In this document: one piece after another, positions 41,091 through 55,650 of the stretch | Layout of the letters: every line of letters begins with the position of its first letter | Numbering within the stretch: position 1 is the stretch's first letter | Assembly (NCBI GenBank): GCA_951406725.2 | Contig: OX597834.1 | Span: 31,186,001 to 31,250,000, forward strand | Direction: 5' to 3' | DNA length: 64,000 bases | DNA from: Octopus vulgaris | Taxonomy: Eukaryota | Program-made: the position numbers and the translations under genes | The notes under the pieces: generated by a model | Seen by the model: the letters and a program-made list of their open reading frames with translations, nothing else | Told to the model about the DNA's origin: nothing | Database searches by the model: none

Positions 41091-42326
41091 TGAATGTTTA
41101 GGTTATGTGAATGTATGTGTGTGTGTGAGAGAGAGAGAGAGAATGTCATACTGATTCTTCTGAAGAATACAAATGTGGAATATTCAACCACTTAGGCTGT
41201 CATACAAAAGGGATGTAACTCCAATTCTCTTATATCCCAATTGACTCAAGTGTTTTTTTTCATGGCTGATAAGAACAGAAGTGAAGTGGTGGGGTTGGGG
41301 TGAGGCATCCATAGCATTTGTTTTGTGTTTTATGCGTGAGTTTTGTTTTGTGTTTATTTCTTTTATTTTGATAAACTTGCACATGAGACAATGCAGATGG
41401 CAGAGTTGACTGCTTATTGTTCTGTCAAACAAAATTTTAGCTGTTTATTGCCCTCTCAGGGATGGCGCTATGGTACTTCCATCACTAATATCTTTTATTT
41501 TTTAACCCTGTTTCAGTCAATGGACTGTGGCCCAGCTGGGGCACTGCTATCAAAGGGTTTAGTTAAAACAAATTAACCCTAGTACTTATTTTTTTAAATA
41601 TCTAGTACTTATTCCATCAGTTTTCTTTTGTTGAACTGCTGTGTTACAAGGCCATAAACAAACCAACACTGGTCGGGAAGCAGTGGGTGGGACAGGCACA
41701 CACACACACACACACACACACATGTGGAGGCACATAGCTTAATAGTTTGGTTGTTGCGCTCATGATTACAGCACTGTGGTTCTGATTCCTGGACTGGATA
41801 AATATGTTGTCTTCTTGAGCGAAAGAATTCTTCTCACCTTGCTCCATTCCACTCAACTGACAAAGAGTGAGTAATCCTGCAATGGACTGGCAAACTATCC
41901 AGGGGGGAAATAAGATTCAACACAGAATCCACGAATCCAGCCTTAAGAGCCTATGGTTTGGGAAGGACCTTTATATGCATGTATCTGCATATCTGTGTGA
42001 GTGTGTATGTGTTTGTATACATACATACACACAAGGTGTGTGGCCTAGTGGTTAGGTTGTTGCACTCATAATCACTAGATCATGAGTTCAATTTGTAGAC
42101 CAGGCAGCATGTTGTGTTCTTGAGCAAAACACTTCATTTGACATTGCACGTCTCCTTTCGATCAAGAGGGAGTGTTGGCCTGCTTGCGTAGCCAACAAGG
42201 TGGTATCATTTGATAGCTAAAACAATGCGAAGCACATTGTGACCAGCGATGTGTAACAGCGTCTGATAGTCTGGTCAGTCACATGATATGTATGTGTATG
42301 TATATATATATATTTTCAAAATGTGA

Positions 42327-42530
42327 CCGTGTGTGTACCGTTGTCGATTTTTTTTCCTCTGTCTTCCCTTCTCTGGATCTTTCCTTCTCCTATGTTTCCG
42401 ACGAAGAGCTCCGCTCGAAACGTTAAACCCTCCTTCTTCCCTTCCTTCCTGAGCGTCCAATAATACTATATTTGTTCCACTTCCTTGCGTTGTTGTGTTT
42501 TTTTCGTGTTTTCATGTTTGGATTAACTTT
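42327..42530 (+). mobile_element. ~200-bp hammerhead-motif element, copy 2
   Basis: Second copy, ending in (TA)n. Contains GTTT-CCGACGA-A-GAGC-TCC-GCTC-GAAA-CG-TT-AAAC at 42394-42428. Confidence 0.7.
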
Positions 42531-43592
42531 ATATATATATATATACACACATGTTGAAATTCCACACTGTTTCTGACTACCAGTTTTACTCATAAGGCAG
42601 TGGTCAGTCCAAGTTTTTTAAAGTAGAAATCATTTGACCATGGTGCCATGCAGTGGGACTGAACTTGAAACCATGGGGTTGGGAAACAATCTTCTTAACC
42701 ACGCAGCCATGAGTCCACCTGGCTGTAAATAGGCTCCACCATGAAGCATAACTCACTTCTACAACCAGCACCAGCAGCCCCAATGCCGTTTGCTGGCCCT
42801 CTCTATACTAGTGCTAAAGTTGCTCTCAGAGGGGAAGAAATATCTGTGAGGGTTCAGAGAATCCTTGCTGGAGTGGAAAATGGAAAGGGTTTGAGGGATC
42901 CCTCTCTGTCTATCTGTTTCAATGCTTCAGAAAACTGGACCTCAGCATCAAAGCAGTTTCATGGATGAGAGAGTTTCATTAACCAGAAAGGATTAGCTTA
43001 CCTGACAAGACTTGACGAGGCAGCTGATAGCTGGCAGTTGATTAGTTATGGTGACTTATTCTTTGTGTGTGAAAAAGAATATAAAACTATTTCAGATTAA
43101 CAATGTGTAGGGGGGTGGGTGGAAGCAGTGGAGTGGATTCTTTTGTGGTGTGAAGTGGTGGTGGTGGTGGTGGTGGTCTTGGCGTTGGTCATAGTAGTAG
43201 TCATAACAATGATATTGGTGGTGGTGGTGGTGGTGGTGGTAGTTGTGTTAATGATAGTGGTGGTGGTGGCAGTGGAGAGATGTAAACTTAGGTATGGAAA
43301 GGGGAGAGAGAGAGAGAGAGTGTGTGTGTGTGTGTATCAGGTGTTTGTAGTTTCAATAAATATGTTGGATAAAGATAAACATTTTTGGGTTGTTTAATCC
43401 CAAATGAAACCTGATTGAGCAAGCTAATAATTAAAACCATTCCAATCATGACCGCCCTGTCTGTTTCACTATACCAGGAATTATATTGTGCAATGTGCCC
43501 TTTTTATAAGGTGTGATTGGTTACTGTTTCTAGCAGGTTGGGCCACCGCATAGAGGTTAGCTCATCTTTGCTTGTCATCCTGTGTAGTTTTA

Positions 43593-44070
43593 TCTCTCTA
43601 TATATAAACGGAAGTTTGTCTGTCTGTGTGTCTGTCAGGTTGTACCCTCACCCTGACCACGGCTTTCAACCGATTCTGATGAAACTTGACACACACATAG
43701 CCCAATGTCATAATTCAAAACTAACGCAGCGATAAATTCGACATGGGGTCGAGAATCTAAGCTTTTTATATGCAACACATTTTCTGCTGTAGTTTTCGCA
43801 ACTTGCAATCGATTTTCACCAAACTCATGGTGGAGCTTAATGTTACCCTTAGAAACTTAATTCTGACGTTAGTTTTCCATGCAATACCTTACCATCAGAA
43901 AAAAATCGATAAAATCATGCCATTTTGGGAAATCGCGTTCAAATTCAAGATGACATATTTTCGACAATATCTTTCACAAATTGGCAGGAATTTTTTAAAA
44001 ATTCACAGCGAGCATCATGTCTGTTCCAGGGGCTCTTACATACCCGGGCAATGCCAGGCTATGCTGCTAG
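43593..44070 (+). mobile_element. Complete non-autonomous Helitron
   Basis: Inserted between A (43592) and T (44071). 5' TC end (TCTCTCTATATATAAACGG). 3' GC-rich hairpin CCCGGGCAATGCCAGG followed ~8 nt later by CTAG. A 5' fragment of the same family lies at 29849-29953. Confidence 0.85.
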
Positions 44071-47000
44071 TAGTTAATAAATGATATGTCTAGCGTGGTA
44101 CACTAGTGTGGAGAGGGCTTAAAAGATGTTATACTCATCATCATCATCATCATTCAGTGTCTGTCTTCCCTATTGATATGGGTTGGACAGGATCTCAAGA
44201 GTCGGAGGAATATGGTGAGTTTCAGTATCTGCTTTGGCATGGCTTTTACAGTTTGATGCCTTTCGTAATGTTAACCACTTTACATCGTGGACTGGCTGCT
44301 GTTTACGTGCGGTTGCCATGTAACTTGTAAGACAAATGAAAATTCTTTCTACTGGGTGAGGGTGTCGTACAGATGGAAGTGGCTTGATGCCAGCTTTTGA
44401 GAGGCTGAAGTATGAGAGACAAGAACAGGTACCTGGCTATAGAGGAGGTACATGACTATCCTGCATGATATAAGGATGTTTTAGCCAATCCTGTATGAAT
44501 AGATAGATGTAAACACCATGTCTGTTTACAAGTGTAAAATATTTTCATAGACAGTAAAAATGGGTGGATTCGTTTCAATCTTGTTTGGGATTGACAAGTT
44601 ATCTCTTCAGTTGCCTACAAAAACATTGCTCTAAACCCATTGTTATTAAGAAGGACCCCATTAAATTGGAGAAACTGATTTGCATCTGTAACACACTTCA
44701 TGCAAATGGTATCTTTTGTTGTCAAGCTTTTATGAAAAACATGTCTAGCTATGGGAGAAATATTGCTTTGCTTGGGAACAACAGATCAGGGTTGGTGACA
44801 GGAAGAGCATCCCATTGTAGTAAATCTACTTTTACAAATTCTGTCCCACCCATGCAAGCGGGGAGAAGTGAAGGTGTATGGTTTAGTGATTAGGGTGTTG
44901 CACTCATGATTGCGAGACATCGGTTTCAATTCCCAGACCGGGCATTGCATTATATTCTTGAGCAAAGCACTTCATCGCACATTTCTCTGCGATCATTTCA
45001 TCATCTGACATGTGGCACCTGTTGCTCTGGTACAAGTAATGCTGATTTGATAGAGGGTGTGAGCTCATGTGGAGACAAACATTTGATCACCATGAACATA
45101 ATCCTTTGTGTAGTTATTCAGCAAGAAATTACCAAACACTCATACATTGTCTAACAACAGTGGGGCCTGTGATGTGTGTGTGTGTGTATATGTATATATC
45201 TTTTTGTTTTTCACTTATTCCAATCATTAGGCTGTGGCCATGCTGGGGCACCACCTTGAAGAATTTTTAGTCAAAAAATTTGACCCCAGGACTTATTTTA
45301 TCTTTTTAAGCCTGGGACTTATTCTATCGGTCACTCTTGCTGAGTTGCTAAGTCATGGAGACATTAACACACTAACACAGGTTGTCGACCGATGGTAGGG
45401 GCCAAACACACACACACATATATGTGATGAGCTTCTTTCATTTTCTGTCTCCCAAATCTACTCACAAGCCCAAGGCTATAGTAGAAGACACCTGCCCAAG
45501 GTGCCACACAGTGGGACTGAACCTGGAAGCATGTGGTTGAGAAGCAAGCTTCTTATCACACAGCCATCCCCTAGGCAGGTGTAAACTCCAAGCCTGTATA
45601 TTCAGTCTCTTTGTTGACAGCAAAATAGGAGTCCGCTGGATTGGTTTCAGTCCCGTGGTGGGATTTCATTAGCAACTCTGCTGTGAAAGCGGGGGTTAGC
45701 ATTGTAGGGTGTGATGTACTTTTGTTGTAGTGTAGTGTAGTGTAGTGTAGTGTGGTGTGGCTGTGGTATGTCGTAGTAGTAGTATAAGTTATTAAGAATA
45801 TAAAATATCGTTTAAAAACCATCATCACCTGATTGAATGAGATTCCAGAGAACTCTCTGACTCGTCAAACGACTACCGTGTGTGTGTGGGGGGGGAGAGA
45901 GAGAGAGAGAGCTAGGTGTGTATATGTGTGTGTGAAAGAGAGAGTTAGGTGTGAATGTGTACGAGTGTGTGGGGGGGAGCTAGGTATGAATGTGTTTGTA
46001 TGTGTGTTTGAGGAAAATGCTCCTAAGTTTGGACATATCTTTGTGAACTCTGTATTGATGTGAATGTGAGTGAACTGTGTGTGTCTGTCTGTCTGTCTGT
46101 CTGTCTATCTGTCTGTCTGTCTCCGATAGTGATTTATATAGATGTGTGATTGTTGAAAGTGTAGAAGTTGCGTGTGTGTGTGTGTGTGTGTATATGTAAG
46201 CTGTATGTGTGTGTGTGTGTATGTGTGTAAGAGAGAAAGAGAGACTAGCTTATTTACTCAATGAAATTAAGGTGGCATAAGAATTCAGCTACATACACAC
46301 ACACACACACACACACACATGTGTATGTATGCATACATGTGTGTGTGTGTGTAATTTTACACACAGACACACACTCACGCTGAGTTACTTCCTCAGGTGC
46401 CAGCAGTAAAATATTCACAGAGTGACCGAGACAGCCATCCAGCCAGCTGGCCGGCCGGCCGGCCTGACAAACAGTCAGCTGGACACTCGGACAGACAGCT
46501 ACCTGTGACTACAGTCCTGATATTTCTGTGTAATTCTGCTCCAAACGTCCATACTGGTTGACCATGTGGTTCCTTACTAGCAGTGACCAACAGACTGTCC
46601 GATAATCTGTTGGTCAGTCCCTTCCTCTCTGCCCCACCCTTGGCACTCTTCTTCTACCACCCACTTCACTGTCCCTCCCCCCTCTCTCAAAAGAGACTAA
46701 AACTGCTGTTAAACCATTTCTACAGACATTTCTGTGAGTTTTTTTTTTTTTTGTTCTGTTTTGTTTTTTTGTTTTGTTCTTTGCTTTTTTTTCTGCCTCC
46801 TTCTCCTCCCCTTGCCCAGCCCCTCACCCTTGATTGTGAACATTTTTCAGATTTTACTCCCAGCACCACCCTTACTGCCCTAACACCACCAATGTTAACA
46901 CCTGGATGAACCACTACAGCCATCATCACCACCACCACCACCTCCAGCACAACAGCCACCACCTTAGCACCACCACCCCTACCCACTTCTAGAACTGCCA

Positions 47001-47224
47001 TTACTACCACCACCACCATTACCATCTCTATCATTTTATCATCATCATCAACACCATCACCAAATGGACAAAAATGTGTGTGTGTGTGTGGAAGGCATAT
47101 GGCCTAGTGGTTTGGGTGTTGTACTTACAATCACCAGATCATGGGTTCAGTTCCTGAAGCTAGCAGCACATTGTGTTCTGGAGCACAATATATGTGCATA
47201 TATATATATATATATATCTTTTTT

Positions 47225-47620
47225 CTCTTTTTACTTGTTTCAGTCATTTGACTGTGGCCATGCTGGAGCACCACCTTTAATCGAGCAACTCGACCCCGGG
47301 ACTTATTCTTTGTAAGCCCAGTACTTATTCTGTCGGTCTCTTTTGCTGAACTGCTAAGTGACGGGGACATAAACACACCAGCATCGGTTGTCAAGCAATG
47401 CTAGGTGGACAAACACAGACACACAAACATACACGCACACACATATATATATACATATATACGACAGGCTTCTTTCAGTTTCCGTCTACCAAATCCACTC
47501 ACAAGGCTTTGGTCGGCCCGAGACTATAGTAGAAGACACTTGCCCAAGGTGCCACGCAGTGGGGCTGAACCCAGAACCATGTAGTTCATAAGCAAGCTAC
47601 TTACCACACAGCCACTCCTA
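47225..47620 (-). mobile_element. tRNA-derived SINE, family A
   Basis: Reverse-strand near-full-length copy. More decayed copies at ~9643-9955, 45205-45570 and 52398-52960. Confidence 0.85.
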
Positions 47621-47628
47621 TGTATATT

Positions 47629-47661
<33 letters not shown>

Positions 47662-48328
47662 TATATTAAAGATCAACTTAGATTGAAGTTGATTGCTTGT
47701 TTACAGTGTTATATGGCCAAACTGATGCATAATGGGAAAATACTATGAATTAAGGCCCTCCTGAAATGTGAATACAAATGGAATAAAACAAGTTTTGCAT
47801 AAATTAGACAACTGGTTCTTGAGATATTAGAGGGTTTTGGGGTATAAATACCCAAAGCAGTGCTTAATGGGAAAATACTCCAAAAATAACTGAATTAGAC
47901 ACATTTTGATGGGCAAAAATCATAGTGACTTTAACTTGCCAACGAAAAAATATAAGTTGTTTCTATTTTCACTTTTGTTAAGCACAATATTTTAATCACT
48001 TAGAAATATTTTTAAGTGAATGTGATTTGAACAATGTAAGTTGTTTGTACAGTAAGTATTTATATTTTAGCATTCTTTAAACAGACAATATTTTAGTTTT
48101 TTTAAAGTTATTTTGAAGTGAATACCATGTGTGTATGTGTGTGTGTATGTATATATGTGTGTGTGTGGGTGTGTATGTATATGTGTGTTTGTGTGGGTGT
48201 GTATGTATATATGTGTGTGTGTGGGTGTGTATGTATATATGTGTGTGTGTGTTTGTAAAATCACACATGCATACACTTTCAAAATCTACCTCCATCACCA
48301 CCTGATTACCACTGTGTATGTATGTATG

Positions 48329-48360
<32 letters not shown>

Positions 48361-49918
48361 CGTGTGTGTATGTATATGTATGTGTGTGTTTGTAAAATCT
48401 ACATGCATACACCTTTCAAAATCTACCTCCATCACCACCTGATTACCACTACATCCACTGTTAAACCACTACCATCATCACCACCACCACCACCACCAAA
48501 ACAATGGACAATTGAATACATATCTACATATATGTGCACGCACACACACACTTTCAAAATGTACCACCTGTACCATCGCTGCCACCTTAATGCAACCCTG
48601 TTCCCACCACCGCTATCATCACAAGCACCATCAGTGGCTTTTAGTTTCATGTGGTACAGGACTCGGCAACAATTGCTGTGCAGGATTTTAAGGATTAAAA
48701 ACACGAGGGGCTTGGTTGATGGTGGGCGGAGAGACAGCAGGATATTTGTTACTATACATGTGTCTATGTGAATATTTCGTTACTGACCAATCGTTTGTTG
48801 CCTCAGTTAATTAGATAATCTTTGTCTTCTCTTCTACTCTGACCAACATATTGATTTCATAGACTGTTGTAACCCTTATATAAGTGGCACCCCTAATTTA
48901 GTATTGAATCTTGACACAAACTTTTCCCCTCATCATAGTTTTACTTTGGCCCCGCATACAAATTGCACCCAAGTTTTTACAGTTAAATTTAAGCCTAAGA
49001 ATAGTATCACTTACATGTAATTAGATATCAATTGCTTTTTATATATGCTCTAAGCTATTTCAGTTTTGTGTATATTCTATTTTTATATCTCCTATAAAAT
49101 ATGACATGTATGTTAAATCTGGTATTTGTAATTGACACAATTTTAAATGAAACCAGTCACCTATGTACCATATGTAGTGTGTATACACTTCCTGTAGGCC
49201 AGTTACTGCATTATTTGTCCTGATATAACATCTATTATTGACTTGCTGTTGTAAAAACCTAATAAATATCAGAGAGAAGCAAAAGTTTGTCCCAGCAGAG
49301 ACCTGTGAGTATGCCAGGTGCATTTCTGATTTTTTGAGGCTTTTACAATGGCACGTGTTTATGGCTAGCCTCATGCTTGCATTAACTGGACTATCAACAG
49401 GGTGTATATATTAAATGATACAGATATATGTTTTATATATATATATATGTGTGTGTGTGTGTTTTATATATATATATATATGAAGAAAATTTTTCTTCAT
49501 ATATATATATGAAGAAAATTTTTCTTCATAAATTGACTATTTAAAAAAAAATGTAAAGGAATTGAATAACATGAGCCTTTAGGAAGTTAGTTTTTGTATT
49601 GTGTATGTGTGTGTGTAACCGCTTTCATTGTTAAATTTTTCCAATGCATTTGTTATGGAGGAAGTTAGTTTTGGTGCTTGCTCACACAATATAAAAACTT
49701 CTTTCGCAAAAGGTTTGGTCATTGTGTTTTTCCAGGATATTTGCTAAATAGGGTATTTTTTAAAGAAAATTATTCTTCAAATACTATCACTGTATCAAGT
49801 ACTTTTTCCCAAAACCTTACACACACATATGTTGATGTTTGTTCTTATGTCAAATTATAATAAAGCAATTTTGCATTAAACTGAAGGATTACCCAATGCT
49901 CTGTAGAGGACATATTTT

Positions 49919-50050
49919 TTATACTTTTATAAGAAGGTTGATAGTGACTTTGAAGTTTTGGCCTGCTTAGCCTCTATCAGACTGTCTTATGAAGGCCATG
50001 TAGGCCAAAACTTTGAAGTCACTATCAACACTATTCTTGCAGAGGTATAA
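49919..50050 (+). other. 132-nt imperfect inverted repeat / RNA hairpin
   Basis: Inner arms 49937-49966 and 50000-50029 pair over 30 bp (3 G:U). Outer arms 49919-49935 and 50034-50050 pair over 17 positions (3 G:U, 1 A:C). Confidence 0.85.
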
Positions 50051-50263
50051 GTGATACTAATAACCTGGTGTTAGAACTCGTTATAATATGATTCAGAAAA
50101 AAAGGTTAATCAAGTACTTAGCTTTGATTAGAGATTATATAAGTGACAAAACAACAAGAAATTATATAACGAACTGTTAAATAATGAAACTCATTACATA
50201 ATTTATTGTCCCCTTGTCATTTATATAATCACACACACATATATAATATGCTTACACACGCTC

Positions 50264-50295
<32 letters not shown>

Positions 50296-50444
50296 GGTGG
50301 ATCTCAAAACACATGTATATATAAACACTTTTTAATTAATATTTTGCTGAAACAACAGTGACTCAAGGGCTAAGAGTTTCATATTTGATAAGTGCTAATG
50401 CTTGAGACTATAGACCCATGAGTTAGTCATTAGCTTTTGCTAAA

Positions 50445-50750
50445 TCTATAATTACAAAACTGAGAATGTGTGTGCCTGTCTGTCTGTATGTATGTATGCA
50501 TCACTACAACTCGAGGACTACCCAACCATTTTCGTTCAAATTTTACATATGCCTTAGGGTCCATGCAGTGTCATGGGCCCCAAAAAATTTTCAACTTCTT
50601 GCCTCCTGCGAGCCCGGAGCAATCTCTTATATCTTCCACTATTTCAGTATTACATGTCAAAAGTGAAACCATAACATCTCTATTGTAATGTGAGATACTT
50701 TCAGTTTAATACTTTCACTATTAATAGTGAAGCTATTAAAGGCAAACTAT
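50445..50750 (+). mobile_element. Probable Helitron 5' fragment
   Basis: Starts A|TCTATAATTACAAAA followed by a (GTCT)/(GTAT) tract, the same architecture as the Helitron at 43593. No 3' CTAG end seen. Confidence 0.45.
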
Positions 50751-50772
50751 TATATCACATATATACATGCAT

Positions 50773-50805
<33 letters not shown>

Positions 50806-51259
50806 AGTATATATATGTATATACATCTGCACATATGTATATGTATAGATGTATTTGTATACATATATATGTAATATCTGTGCATAGATGTATATATATA
50901 TATAGATTTATATGTGTATATGTATATATATGTGTGTGTATATGTATATATATTTACGTATGTATGTATATATATATATATATATATATATTTACGTATG
51001 TATATTTATATTTATATATATGTGTGTGTTTGTGTGTATGCATGTATATATGTATATATTCATGTATTTATATATGTTTATATATATATACACGTATATG
51101 TGTATATATTGGCCTGGTCGCTTAGCCAGCGGGGTGGCGTCATTTGAAGGCTAAAACAATGCGAACGCATTGTGACCAGCGATGTGTAACAACATCTGAT
51201 GGTCTGGTTGGTCATGTGATCATATGTGTATATATATGTATACATATGTGTATGTAAAC

Positions 51260-51296
<37 letters not shown>

Positions 51297-51465
51297 CATG
51301 TGTGTATATATATACATATATATATATATACATATCTATATGTATGTATGTTTATCTATATGTTTGCATGTATATATATATGTGTATATATATATTTAAA
51401 GCTGCAAAATCTTCATGAAACCTTTATTCAGTTTCACATTCCTGTTCATCAGACAGTTGTGATGA

Positions 51466-52396
<931 letters not shown>

Positions 52397-52416
52397 TGTT
52401 GTTTCAGTCATTAGAC

Positions 52417-52633
52417 CAGTGCTTTTCAAACTTTTTGCTGGAGCGGAACCCCAAGGAAACATTCCACTGGCTCGGGGAACCCCTGTGCAATAATTTAATA
52501 GTCTTATGCACACATATCTGCAAGGAAAATTAAAAATTATTGCCGATTTTAGCAGTTTTGTAACTTCTTGTGGAACCCTCGGACTGTACTGGTGGAGCCC
52601 TAAGGTTCCGCGGAACCCTGGTTGAATTCACTG
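52417..52633. mobile_element. hAT (Charlie/Buster-like) MITE nested in a family A SINE
   Basis: TIRs CAGTGCTTTTCAA / TTGAATTCACTG. Perfect 8-bp TSD CATTAGAC at 52409-52416 and 52634-52641. Confidence 0.9.
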
Positions 52634-53655
52634 CATTAGACTGTGGCCATGCTGGGGCACCATCTTGAAGAAATTTTAGTTGAATGAAGACTTACTTTTT
52701 AAAGCTTTATACTTATTTTGTCAGTCTCTTTTGCCAAACTGCTAAGTTACAGAGACATAAACACACCAAAACAGGTTGTGAGACAGTGGTGGGGGACAAA
52801 CAAAGACAACACATACATGATGGGCTTCTTTCAGTTTCCGTTTTAGAGAAATCCACTCACAAAATTCTGGTTGGCCCAGAGCTTTAGTAGAAGACACTTG
52901 CTCAAGTTGTCATGCAGTGGGACTGAACTCTGAACCATGTGCTTGGGAAGCAAACCCCTTCTACTTTCACTTTTACATGCTTGCATGGGTCAGGTGGAAT
53001 TAATGCAGATTTTCTATGGCTAGATGCCCTTCCTGTGACCAAATCCTTACTTCTTTCCAGACAATCTAATGTTTCCCCATGGCGAGACATGTTTTTTAAG
53101 GAAGATTGGAAACAAGAGACCCAGGTTGTGTGATGGTGATGATGATGATGATGATGCTTACCTACAACTAATTAGTGCACAGTATCAAGACATAGAGTAC
53201 ACACACAAATGTGGCATGCTTCTTTCAGTTTCCAAATCTACTCACAAAGCTTTAGTCGGCCTGGGGCTATAATAGAAGATGCCTAAAGTGCCATGTGGTG
53301 GGACTGAACCAGGAACCATGTGGTTGGAAAGCAAGCTTTACACGGTCTACTAGTTTTAATTAATTTTGAAATTAATCAAGAATTTTGAGGTGACAGTAAA
53401 ATAATTAACTGTTTTTTTTTTATATTAATAAAGTGTCTATTATGATGGGTTGGCAGAATTGGTAGAGCATCGAACCAAATGCCTTGTGGTATTTGTTTTA
53501 GCTCTTAACATTCTGAGTTCAAATCTCACTGGATTCAACTTTGCTTTCATCCTTTCGGGGTTGATGAAATAAGAACCAGCTAAACACTAGGGTCAATGGA
53601 ATTGACTAGCCCCCCCCCATCCCAAATTTCAGGCCTTGTGCCTATTGTAGAAAGG

Positions 53656-53723
<68 letters not shown>

Positions 53724-53894
53724 CATCAGTTGAATATCTTGGAAGTATCCTTTAAGAATACCCTTGGCTATGAAATGTTAGATTCGATAAATTAAGTACC
53801 AGTTACACACTGGGGGGTCGATGTAATCGACTTAATCTCTTTGTCTGTCCTTGTTTGTCCACTCTATGTTTAGCCCCTTGTGGGCAATAAAGAA

Positions 53895-54125
53895 ATAAGG
53901 GGGGAATGAGAATAAAGCCTTGGTGAACTCCTGCCTGCTCACCAATTCGTTTGCTATGCTCATTGCTGACCTCTACCTCACTGACCGCATCCCTGTCCAT
54001 TTGCTTAGATGGCTCTCACCTGCCACTCGTCTACCCCTCGCTTCTGCAGTGACCACTTGATGAGGGAGCAAGGGACTCTCTGAAAGGCTTTCTCTATATT
54101 GATAAAAGCCAAGCATGGCAGCCCC
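53895..54125 (-). pseudogene. Degenerate RTE reverse-transcriptase fragment
   Basis: Minus strand gives LAFINIEKAFQRVP (the F.D.EKAFD.V motif) and, after a frameshift, DAVSEVEVSNEHS...GVHQGFILIPPLF (the GV.QG..LSP.LF motif). Confidence 0.8.
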
Positions 54126-54604
54126 TTGCCAGGGACCCTTCATCACTCCTAACACAACAATTGCCATCACTACTACTACTACTACCACCACCACCACCTC
54201 CATCACGACTACTACTACTACTGCTATTACTACTACTACTACCACTACTACTACCACCACCACCACCACCACCACTACTACTACTACCACCACCACCACC
54301 ACGACTACTACTATAACTACTACTACTACTACCACCACCACGACTACTACTACTACTACAAAGCATTAATTCTGCCACCATTACCACCATCACTGCCACC
54401 ACACTCACCACTATCAATACCACCACTGTCATCTTTGATATAGTCATCACATGCACCCTCCTCATCACACACACTTTCACCAGACACACACACACATACA
54501 CAACACCCGCCTATACACTAATCTCTAAACTGCAACATTTCAAGCAAAACCAGTGACCGCACTAACCCTTTCTCTCTTTCTCCCTCTCACACATTGCCTC
54601 TGTC

Positions 54605-54687
<83 letters not shown>

Positions 54688-54718
54688 TTGTGTGTGTTTT
54701 TGTGTGTGTGTGTGTGTG

Positions 54719-54757
<39 letters not shown>

Positions 54758-55454
54758 TTTGTGTGTGAATATAGCTACTAGTTCTATGCCAATAACACGC
54801 ATACACACACACATGTAAGCACGCATACACACACACACACATGTAAGCACGCATACACACACACACACACATGTAAGCACGCCTACACACACACAGGTAC
54901 GTGTGAACACACAACAGCCTGAGAAAGCTATGGGCACTGCCCCTTCTCCCTTCTCTTTCTACTCAAACTAAGTAGGTACTAAAGAACTTTGTACAAATAT
55001 ATTGATTGATTGATCTATTGATTGTGTTTCGTGCACTCTTTTATTGTGTGCCTGCGTGCATACGCACATCTCCGTGTGTGTGAGTATGTATTTGCATCAG
55101 TGTGTGAGGCTTGCGTGTGTGCATATGTCTGTGGTGTATGTGTCTGTGTCTGTGCTCTGTGTGTGGGTGTGTGTGATATGCTTTGATCTTGTTTACATAA
55201 TATAAAGATAAAATGACATCAAACACTGGTCATTTTCTCTTTGCTCAGAACATTTCTATGGTCAGTGTGAAGTGAGAGAGAGAGAGAGAGAATTAGATGA
55301 AGAGAGAGGGGTAGAGAGAGAGAGAGAAAGAAAGAAGGAGCAATAAAGGATGGTGGCTGCGGTGACGGTGATGGTATTGGTGACAGTGAACAGGATGGTG
55401 ATGATGACGATGATGATGATAGTGATTATGGTACTGGTGGTAACCGCAATGAAC

Positions 55455-55650
55455 TGTGCTCTCCTATGGTACCTCCTTACAACTAGCTCTATCTCCCTGT
55501 GGTACCAACTTACAGCGAGCTGTACCTCCCTGTGGTATCTGCTTACAGCTAGACAGACTGTTACTGAGGTACACTATTGTACCCACATGTAGCAGTGAAC
55601 TATACCACACTGTGGTACTACTTAAAGCTACATGGACTGTCCCTCACTGA
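55455..55650. repeat. Degenerate ~30-bp minisatellite (CTCCCTGTGGTACC..CTTACAGCTAGCT)
   Basis: About five decayed units. Confidence 0.6.
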
